From positions 1 through 64,000 of the IMG/VR virus record IMGVR_UViG_3300017774_006254: 64,000 nt of DNA; one strand, 5' to 3'. The position numbers and the translations under genes are program-made. The stretch comes from a virus. A model generated the notes under the pieces. It was not told where the DNA came from. It did no database searches and saw nothing but the letters and a program-made list of their open reading frames with translations. Numbering within the stretch: the stretch's first letter is position 1; every line of letters starts with the position of its first letter. This document shows, piece by piece, positions 26,673 through 33,930 of this stretch.

Positions 26673-27571
26673 GACGACCTCTCTCCGCGCTTCAGCGCAT
26701 CTTCGACTCGATACACAATCCGCCCGTCATCTCCGTACCGGCGAACAACGACTGGCCATTCTCCGTCCCAGTCAATAACCGTTACCTCAACTTCGCCCAC
26801 GTCTGCGACTCGCGCTGCGGCTTCCGCAAACTGCATAGCCGTCGCCAGGTCACTCTGTGCGACGGGGGCGCTCGCTTCATGAACCACGTAGAGTGCTCTT
26901 GCGAGCTTCTGGAGAGCGCGACGCGCTCCGCTCGGGAGACGCTGAGGGAGCCGTTTTGCGCGAGCCTGCGTTGCGGCCTCTTGAATGCGAGATGTCGTCG
27001 TGTCGTCTGGTAGGGGCAGTGGCGGGGCAGGAGGGACAACTGCCACCTGGGGCTCGGGTTCAGGAACCATCGCCACGGCCACGGCCAAGGTCGGCGCACG
27101 GGCTGGGGAGGCGAAGATCTTCGAGGATGCCGCTCGGAGCCTTAACTCGCTCTCCGCGAGAGCTTCCAGCTCAGTCAGTCTGGACATGGCGATGACGTGC
27201 TTCTTCTCCAGGTCGCGCAAGTCCCAGCTCTGCCATCTGGTTTCTGGTTCGGACATCTCCAGAAGAAGCTCAGGCGCGTTGACCATGGCCTCTGCGATGA
27301 TGGCTTCAATGGCCGCTTCCTTGAGCGCGGGAGCTGCCTGTAGAACATCCAGCGGCACGCTGAGTTCCGCACTTAGGTCCACGAGCCTCGGTGGATACGG
27401 AAGCTCTGCCTTCGAGACGACCAAGAAGGCCTTCTCTGGGAAGCCATACAAGCGCTCATGGAACTTCAAGGTCCGCCCGATGTACTCCAGGACAACGCTG
27501 TTCGTCGGCTTGTCAAAGCCGCGCTTGATGTGCGTTCTGGAGAGGACAGGGGTTCGAGCGTGGTCCGGCAT
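26669..27571 (-). CDS. hypothetical protein
   Basis: 300-aa ORF. Confidence 0.6.
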   Translation of the reverse strand: MPDHARTPVLSRTHIKRGFDKPTNSVVLEYIGRTLKFHERLYGFPEKAFLVVSKAELPYPPRLVDLSAELSVPLDVLQAAPALKEAAIEAIIAEAMVNAPELLLEMSEPETRWQSWDLRDLEKKHVIAMSRLTELEALAESELRLRAASSKIFASPARAPTLAVAVAMVPEPEPQVAVVPPAPPLPLPDDTTTSRIQEAATQARAKRLPQRLPSGARRALQKLARALYVVHEASAPVAQSDLATAMQFAEAAARVADVGEVEVTVIDWDGEWPVVVRRYGDDGRIVYRVEDALKRGERSS

Positions 27572-27589
27572 CTTCTTCTCAAGTGACAG

Positions 27590-27703
27590 TAGGCTCGTGA
27601 AAGCGAGATCGGTACCTCCTGCTACGGGCTGGGCGCCTGGTGCAATAGAGATCCTTGGGTGGAGTCGAGCACCAAAGGCACCGACCCCGCTTTCACGAGC
27701 CTA
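27590..27703 (-). ncRNA. candidate structured RNA with a 28-bp stem
   Basis: 16-bp perfect inverted repeat extended by 12 bp whose mismatches become G-U pairs only on the minus strand; inner hairpin UUGGUGC/GCACCAG. Confidence 0.5.
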
Positions 27704-27708
27704 ACCTA

Positions 27709-28335
27709 TCACACGATCAGAGACCGAAGTAGAGCCGCTGCATTGCTCTCGTTCACCAGCCACCCGGTAAGCTCTACGCTGAAGAACCGCAGATCGATGT
27801 TCGGCTCTCGAAAGATCGCGACCTTAGCTATGATTTCGCTATTCGGCGATGCGTAAGCCGCAAAGTTCTGTCCGACAGGAGGCAGGATCGAACCCGAGAA
27901 CGGATAGATTCTACCCTCTCCCGGGCTGACGCCAACCGTACCAGCGGCTCCGCTGTTGCCCAGTGAAGCAAGCACAGCACCCTGCGGGACCGGAGCGGAG
28001 TTTGTATTGAAATTCGTGAGCCCTTGGTTTCCAATCAACAGACTGAATCCCAGGGTCCCCGTAGTACGCGAAGGTGCCACCATCTCGAAGTCGTCGACGC
28101 CAACTCCAGAGTGCTGGAACGCTTTGAATTCGGCCGAACGAAGGACAATGACCTGGTTCCTTTCGACGACCAATTTCATAATCGTCAGCTCGGTAGGGAA
28201 CACTGCTCCGATACCTGGCTGAATTGGATTCGGCATCTCCTTGAAGTAGACGCGCTGGTAGAACGTGGTCTCTTTCTGCGGAAGCAGAGACGAGAATCCG
28301 CCTACTTGTCGAAAGGGAGGGGGCGCCATCATCAC
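27709..28335 (-). CDS. putative beta-sandwich (jelly-roll-like) minor capsid protein
   Basis: Alternating beta strands (KLVVERNQVIVL), terminal strand VELTGWLV; lies near the capsid candidate. Confidence 0.45.
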   Translation of the reverse strand: MMMAPPPFRQVGGFSSLLPQKETTFYQRVYFKEMPNPIQPGIGAVFPTELTIMKLVVERNQVIVLRSAEFKAFQHSGVGVDDFEMVAPSRTTGTLGFSLLIGNQGLTNFNTNSAPVPQGAVLASLGNSGAAGTVGVSPGEGRIYPFSGSILPPVGQNFAAYASPNSEIIAKVAIFREPNIDLRFFSVELTGWLVNESNAAALLRSLIV

Positions 28336-29342
28336 ATCGCAGGCGACTGCGCCTGGAGAATCTTGTAGCCAACGAGCGTGATGTAGAGCGTGCCACCGAG
28401 TGCAACGATCATACGGCCGCTCTGAGCGGGATCGTTCGCGATCGGGTCAGGCGGCGGCGAGACGCCACCTTCCTGGAATCCGTTCGGCAGTGCTGCGTAG
28501 TTGATCTCGGCGAAGCCCAGGTCGCGCGTGAGCGTTGCGGCCACCTTCACCGACGAGCCGCGTTCGTAGAAGTCCGAGACGGGCAAGTAGAGTGGCCGAT
28601 CGAACTCGGAGAACATGAAGCGGCTAGGAATCGGGATCTGGTTCTGACGTTGACGGTCAACGCCGTCGTCGGAGAACTCAAACAGGAAGTCGATCGTTCC
28701 AGGGCGAAACGTCTGAACTGCTTGGGCAGCTGCTGTGTTCGCTGCCGCAGCTGGGATTCCACCAAGGCCGACGCCCAGGTACGCGCCAGAGAAGGGGTCT
28801 GCGGTCGACGCGGTCGGACGGAACCTGCCCGAGAGAGGCGTGATGACTTCCGTGCCAGCGGGCTGGTCGTTCGGACGACCAGGAGCGTCACCAGTGCCTG
28901 CGTACGGGCCAATGGAGTACGTCTTGAGAAGGAACGCGCTCATCAAGGTCGTGCAGACGAACGGGCCGTCCTGGCTGATCTGCTTGCTGTCGACGAGACG
29001 CGACCCAGCGAGAGAGACCGACGGCGAACTCTGGCCAGGAACGTTGATCTGCGTACCAAGAAAGTAAGGCACCCTCTTCCCTGGGATGTCCTCGATGTAC
29101 CTGATACGATCTGCGGCCTTCTTGAGCGCGATGCCCAGGCGCTTGATCTCCATCTTGTCGTCAGCGGCGGCGGCGGCCAGCTCCTGATAGCGCTGCTGCA
29201 CAGCCTCCATCTGTGCTTCCGTGCGCCTCTGCTTTGAGGCCAGTTGACGGGCGAACGCTTCCAATTCCTGTGACATCTGCTCTCCAGAGTTCGGGCCAGC
29301 CGCTGGACTCCTTGTCCTTGGCCAACCGGAAGAACTACTCAC
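28332..29342 (-). CDS. putative jelly-roll-like capsid/penton protein with an N-terminal coiled coil
   Basis: Coiled coil, then QISQDGPFVCTTL...PLYLP...ITLVGYKI; alternative ATG at 29276 has an RBS. Confidence 0.5.
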   Translation of the reverse strand: MSSSSGWPRTRSPAAGPNSGEQMSQELEAFARQLASKQRRTEAQMEAVQQRYQELAAAAADDKMEIKRLGIALKKAADRIRYIEDIPGKRVPYFLGTQINVPGQSSPSVSLAGSRLVDSKQISQDGPFVCTTLMSAFLLKTYSIGPYAGTGDAPGRPNDQPAGTEVITPLSGRFRPTASTADPFSGAYLGVGLGGIPAAAANTAAAQAVQTFRPGTIDFLFEFSDDGVDRQRQNQIPIPSRFMFSEFDRPLYLPVSDFYERGSSVKVAATLTRDLGFAEINYAALPNGFQEGGVSPPPDPIANDPAQSGRMIVALGGTLYITLVGYKILQAQSPAM

Positions 29343-29361
29343 CTTGAGGTGGTGAAGTACC

Positions 29362-29379
29362 TGTCTGACATGTCAGACA
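29362..29379. promoter_or_regulatory. 18-bp perfect palindrome (double TGTCWGACA), candidate operator
   Basis: TGTCTGACATGTCAGACA, intergenic, upstream of the 29342 gene. Confidence 0.6.
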
Positions 29380-29469
29380 AATACCGCTTGACTTCAGAAG
29401 AGTAGCGTATGGAGAGCGCGCGAGCACGTCAAGACGACATGCCGTGTCAAAACAGCCACGGCTGGCGAC

Positions 29470-30120
29470 TCAGCGTCTTCGGCTGGAGCGGCGTCGCGAA
29501 GAACGCTTGCGACGATTCGCTTGAATTGTTGGGGCTTTTGGGAGATTGGTGTGCGTCAGGGAGGCCTTCCCTGGCGCGCCAGTCCGATCGACTTTGACCT
29601 CAACGTTCACTTCTCCATGCCCCAGACGAGAGAGAAGGTCTCGGCCTGCCTGCGGAATGGCCGTTCCCTGTCCGACCCAGCCCATGCCTAGTTGCCATCC
29701 AAATTCTTCGGCATTGCCTGGGGCGTCGTACCTGTCTTTACGGGCCAAGTCGTAAGCCAGTTCGACAGGGACCTGCCAGCCTCCAGCGGAGTCAAGCTTG
29801 CTGTCGAAGAGAAGCGTGACGCGGTCGACGAGTTCACCGGGCACCGATGGGACGTACTCGGAGACGTCGTCTCCGCCACGCCATGGAACATCTTCTAGCT
29901 CGCCAGACTCGACCATTTCTTCTACGGCCTGAGCGTAGGCTTGAGCCCAGATCGACTTCGCGAAACCGTTGACAACATCGTGATGCATGGTGCCGATTCT
30001 AGCACCGATGCCGGTCACGGCTCGGCTGTGGTTACGAGTGGTCCTCCTCTTCCCACCGTTCTTTTTGAAGTTCGAGAAGCTCAAGCTCGGCCTGCGAATG
30101 CGCTGCCCGTAAGACAGCAA
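29470..30120 (-). CDS. hypothetical protein with basic termini
   Basis: Acidic core; C-terminus IQANRRKRSSRRRSSRRR. Confidence 0.6.
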   Translation of the reverse strand: MLSYGQRIRRPSLSFSNFKKNGGKRRTTRNHSRAVTGIGARIGTMHHDVVNGFAKSIWAQAYAQAVEEMVESGELEDVPWRGGDDVSEYVPSVPGELVDRVTLLFDSKLDSAGGWQVPVELAYDLARKDRYDAPGNAEEFGWQLGMGWVGQGTAIPQAGRDLLSRLGHGEVNVEVKVDRTGAPGKASLTHTNLPKAPTIQANRRKRSSRRRSSRRR

Positions 30121-30415
30121 GTTCCTCCGTCTCCTTGTCAGTGGGAGACGACAGTGCCTTCAGGACATCAAGACGCTCGCTGAGCCCGAGCGACAAAGTA
30201 CCAAGGCTGTCGATCCTCGCGTTGCGAGCCTTCTTCTTGTCCATGGCCATCTTCAGGTCGTAGTCTCCCCAGTATTGATCGAGAGCATTACCAACGCGTG
30301 CATTCAGCATCTCGACGACGTGCAATAGGCGCACGACCTTCGCATGAAGGTGCCAGAAGATGATGAAGATGAACAACGCGAGAAAGATGACGGACGTGAC
30401 TTCGAGCATGTTCAT
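30032..30415 (-). CDS. N-terminally anchored membrane protein
   Basis: VIFLALFIFIIFW hydrophobic helix; GGAG RBS. Confidence 0.55.
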   Translation of the reverse strand: MNMLEVTSVIFLALFIFIIFWHLHAKVVRLLHVVEMLNARVGNALDQYWGDYDLKMAMDKKKARNARIDSLGTLSLGLSERLDVLKALSSPTDKETEELAVLRAAHSQAELELLELQKERWEEEDHS

Positions 30416-30557
30416 GATTCATCTCCAAATGGTGGAGGGTCTACTTGCTCGTCGACCCAAGCTTGCGCGTCCGAAACGTCGCAGAACCATGCTCGCGCAA
30501 GTGCGTCCTGAAGTGCCTTGGCAATCTTCCGCGAAGCTCTTCTGATCGCTTTTCTGA

Positions 30558-30971
30558 TCATGCCTGTTCTCCGAATCCGACGAGACCATCCTTAGCCGCA
30601 GCGGCGCGGATGGCATCTCTTTCGATCAGGTACTGCGACTCGGCCTTGATCGCTTCGCTGCGAACCGAGATGACCTTCTCTGTCGCTTCTTGAAGCCGAA
30701 ACTCGTACTCCCTCTTCGGCGTCCATGGCCCCTTCGTTCGCTGTACCAGTCGCATCCATGACACAAACCACTTCTCCGCTTTTTGAAGGCAGAGTTCTTG
30801 TGTGGATTCGGTGAACCACGCCGTATGGTTTCCCACGGAGCACCTGTAACCTTTACCGTACCGGTGAAGTTCCACGTCGGTACCTGCGATGCTTCCCGAG
30901 AAGTAAGACCGTTTTCGAACTAAAGAGACCCCAAAAATACGAGGGGCTGACACTGCTTCCTTCTTCTTCAT
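30558..30971 (-). CDS. hypothetical protein
   Basis: Coupled ORF. Confidence 0.5.
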   Translation of the reverse strand: MKKKEAVSAPRIFGVSLVRKRSYFSGSIAGTDVELHRYGKGYRCSVGNHTAWFTESTQELCLQKAEKWFVSWMRLVQRTKGPWTPKREYEFRLQEATEKVISVRSEAIKAESQYLIERDAIRAAAAKDGLVGFGEQA

Positions 30972-31291
30972 GAAATCTTCCTCTTCGCCACGGCCGCGTT
31001 GATGTGATCGATGAGCGCCGTAAGAACGTCTCGCTCAGCGGTGATGGCCGCGATCATCGCCGCCTCAAGTTCGTCAAAAGTATCCGCCTCGACATCGAAT
31101 TCGACTTCATCACCAGCGCTGTCTGAAAGGACTTTGCAGCACGCGTTCATGGCTTTGGTGCCCCATCCGCTGACGCGAGCGTCTGGCCAGACACGAATCC
31201 AGACGAGAGCCCCGAGAAGCTTCACGGACCCTGCCGTTCTGTACGACTCGTCGTCCGGGCTCCAGTCCAACGCAATGCCCATGAAGTTCAT
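30968..31291 (-). CDS. hypothetical protein
   Basis: Coupled ORF. Confidence 0.5.
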   Translation of the reverse strand: MNFMGIALDWSPDDESYRTAGSVKLLGALVWIRVWPDARVSGWGTKAMNACCKVLSDSAGDEVEFDVEADTFDELEAAMIAAITAERDVLTALIDHINAAVAKRKIS

Positions 31292-31953
31292 GTGCTTGCC
31301 TCTGCGTCGAGGAGGATGTTGAGCGCGTACTCGTCAGAGCATCGTTTGATGGTCGAGAGCTTGCTCAGAACGGCCGAGATCTCTTCAGGGCGCATGAGTT
31401 CCCGTAGTCGCCGTGTTGCCTGCTTGGGCGTGGCCAGAGCCGCCAGCTTCTTCTTCAGATGCTTCACGGCGTCTTGGTTGCTGCTGTGCGCGCCAAGCGC
31501 TTGGCGGATCGGAGCGTTCACGCGGTCGAAGTGTGCCTGAGCTAACGAGAACTCCTCTTTGAGCGCCCTCATCTCTTCCTTGAGCGCCATCACTTCGGGA
31601 TGCTTGCCAGCCGCCAAAGAAGCAATACGGGTCACTGCGGCGTCTACGGCAGAGGCAATGTGCGGCCCCAGATCGGCGGCGGTTGCGTCGCGCGAGATGC
31701 CGCACCAATCCGTGACGGCAATTCGTACGCGCGTATCGACACGCAATTGTATCGCTGTTTTCCCGAGCGTCTTCGCGTACTGGTCCTTCTTGTCGAAGTA
31801 CCGTCGAGTCGCTTCAGACTGAGATGTCATCGCAGCGGAGATTTCGTCCTTGAGTAGCTCCTTGGTATCGATCAGTCGCGCATAGGACTCTTTCTGCGCC
31901 TGCTGAGCGATCTTCAGTTGAGCTTGGAGAGCCGCTGTCTCGATGTCATCCAT
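31288..31953 (-). CDS. coiled-coil hypothetical protein
   Basis: Start refined to MDDIETA. Confidence 0.55.
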   Translation of the reverse strand: MDDIETAALQAQLKIAQQAQKESYARLIDTKELLKDEISAAMTSQSEATRRYFDKKDQYAKTLGKTAIQLRVDTRVRIAVTDWCGISRDATAADLGPHIASAVDAAVTRIASLAAGKHPEVMALKEEMRALKEEFSLAQAHFDRVNAPIRQALGAHSSNQDAVKHLKKKLAALATPKQATRRLRELMRPEEISAVLSKLSTIKRCSDEYALNILLDAEAST

Positions 31954-32065
31954 GGCCCCGAGGGTGTGTCGAATCTTCTTTGTCGTCAAGAAGAAGATCG
32001 AGTACCCCAAACGACATTACGCCCACCTCAGCTCCGTAGAGCCAAGATGGGCGCAGTGTCATGTG

Positions 32066-32087
32066 TGAGCGGAGAAGGCTCCGCTCA
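32066..32087 (-). terminator. hairpin just after the capsid-candidate gene
   Basis: TGAGCGGAG-AAGG-CTCCGCTCA; no U-tract. Confidence 0.5.
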
Positions 32088-32092
32088 TGTCC

Positions 32093-32905
32093 TCAGAGGA
32101 CGTCGCGGGAGTGGATGCCGTCGATGAGGTACTTGACGTCCTTCTCGATGTCATCGCGACCCGCCGTCGACAGGCCGGTGCCCGAGGCGCCCGACGCGAC
32201 GATCGTTCCGCCAGGACCGTTGCCCCACGCGTCGTTGTTCGGCACGAGGCCGTTCAACTGATCCACAACCGACGCGCCCGAAGCCTGGCCGATCGGCGAT
32301 GCGATCGCGATGACGACGAAGCCCTGACGAGGCGGAATGAGGATCGGACGCGCAAGACGCATGAGCGCCGAGCTGGTGGGCACGCCGTTGTTCGCGCGGG
32401 GAAGGCGCGAATCAGCGAAGAAACCATCGAGACCACCAGCAAACGGCGTGTACGCCGTGTACGTGGTGAGCTGGGGCTTGTCACCAGCTTGGAACTGCCA
32501 GAACAGCTGGTTCTGGGTCTGGTGGTAGAGCTTGTGCACGCGGTTGATGCGGTCTCCGGAGACCGTGCCAACTGCGCCAACCGGCGTCGCGTTGCCCGCG
32601 TTGATCGCAGGGAAAGTCTGGTCCGCGCCGGTCGTCGAACGCGGCGACTCGGTATTGAACCTGAAGTACGTCCAAACGCGGACCGCGAGGGTCACGAACG
32701 TCTGGTCGGAGGGGAAGAAACCACCGGTCGTCAGGTTGCTGACGGCGATGTCCGCACCCTGCTTGGTGAAGAGCTGCGAGCGGCTCTGCACGGCCCCGAA
32801 CACGCCCACGTTCGCCTGACGGAGGTCGCCCTGACCGTCTACGCGAAGGAGGGAATCGTAGAACGGCTGATGGATGCGTTCCCTGGTACCAACAATTTTC
32901 GGCAT
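32093..32905 (-). CDS. putative major capsid protein (single jelly-roll-like)
   Basis: 270 aa from MPKIVG; QPFYDS...LF...SNLTTGGFFPSDQTFVTLAVRV...PILIPPRQGFVV...YLIDG. Strong codon bias, structured leader and downstream hairpin. The fold is inferred, not shown. Confidence 0.55.
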   Translation of the reverse strand: MPKIVGTRERIHQPFYDSLLRVDGQGDLRQANVGVFGAVQSRSQLFTKQGADIAVSNLTTGGFFPSDQTFVTLAVRVWTYFRFNTESPRSTTGADQTFPAINAGNATPVGAVGTVSGDRINRVHKLYHQTQNQLFWQFQAGDKPQLTTYTAYTPFAGGLDGFFADSRLPRANNGVPTSSALMRLARPILIPPRQGFVVIAIASPIGQASGASVVDQLNGLVPNNDAWGNGPGGTIVASGASGTGLSTAGRDDIEKDVKYLIDGIHSRDVL

Positions 32906-33067
32906 CTTGACTTGCTTTCCAAGTGTGTTGAATGTACTACTCAACACCGGTCCCGCTGATTGAGGATTCCACGGTCCATCCATGGAGCCCACGACCCAAA
33001 ACTTCGCAGTGGTACGGAGCTTTTGCCTTGCGGCTACTGGGTCGCATGATTTGCGCTTGGCTGACTA

Positions 33068-33883
33068 TCAGCCGAGCATTCCGGAGAAGATGTGACGAGC
33101 GAACACGCCGCCCGCGTAGCCCTGATCGCCCGAAGCGAAAGACTTCGAGACGCGGCGGACCTGAGGCCTGGACTGCATGGGAATCGCGCCGTCCGTAGGC
33201 GTGATGGTGGTGACCGCTTCCATGCGGTTCATCGAGCTGTCGACTGCACCTTGGTCACCGGGCTCGCCAAGGTCGCCGATGCCAGAGATGCCGTCGCCAG
33301 AGTCGCCGAGGCCGCTCATCGGCTGATCGACGTACTCACCGATGCCAGCCGCGGCGTACATCGTGCCGAGACCAAGCATTCCCTTGTAAGGCGCGCCCGC
33401 GTGGGAGATGTCGTATCCACGACCCATCCCAGAGAGCATGCCTTCGTTGTAGTAGCCCGCCGTAGCCGTTGGAGCCGCAGTCGCCGGAGCGCTTGCGACA
33501 GCCGGAAGGATGGCAGCTGCTGGTGAGCCGCCGAGCATCGGCATGTTGCGAATGAACGATTCCGATGCAGCAAGCCCCGCTCCGATCACCGCCGCATTGG
33601 CCATTGGGCCGCTGACGAGGGAAGGAAGCGAACGCTGGGCAGCGAAGTAGGCCGGGATGAGAACGGCCGCAGCGGCAACCTTGCCATACCGTGGGTCGGC
33701 AAGCAAGCTGATTTTGCTGGAGGCGATGTTTCCAGCGACACGGGTGGCGACAAAGCCAACCGTGCCACTGAGAACCGGACTTACGACGTCCCGCACGATG
33801 TCAGAGTCCAAGAAATTCTTGAGAATCCGACGGACTCCCCGCTTCGAGCGGGCATTTTTGCGACTGGTACGGCGACGTGCCAT
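33068..33883 (-). CDS. core/membrane-associated structural protein, paralog of the C-terminus of 33931-36696
   Basis: Basic N-terminus, hydrophobic helices, GEYVDQPMSGLG, C-terminus GYAGGVFARHIFSGMLG. Confidence 0.65.
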   Translation of the reverse strand: MARRRTSRKNARSKRGVRRILKNFLDSDIVRDVVSPVLSGTVGFVATRVAGNIASSKISLLADPRYGKVAAAAVLIPAYFAAQRSLPSLVSGPMANAAVIGAGLAASESFIRNMPMLGGSPAAAILPAVASAPATAAPTATAGYYNEGMLSGMGRGYDISHAGAPYKGMLGLGTMYAAAGIGEYVDQPMSGLGDSGDGISGIGDLGEPGDQGAVDSSMNRMEAVTTITPTDGAIPMQSRPQVRRVSKSFASGDQGYAGGVFARHIFSGMLG

Positions 33884-33930
33884 GAGGAACTCCTTGAGAG
33901 ATGTTGCTGCTGAAGCTCAAGAGCCTAGGC

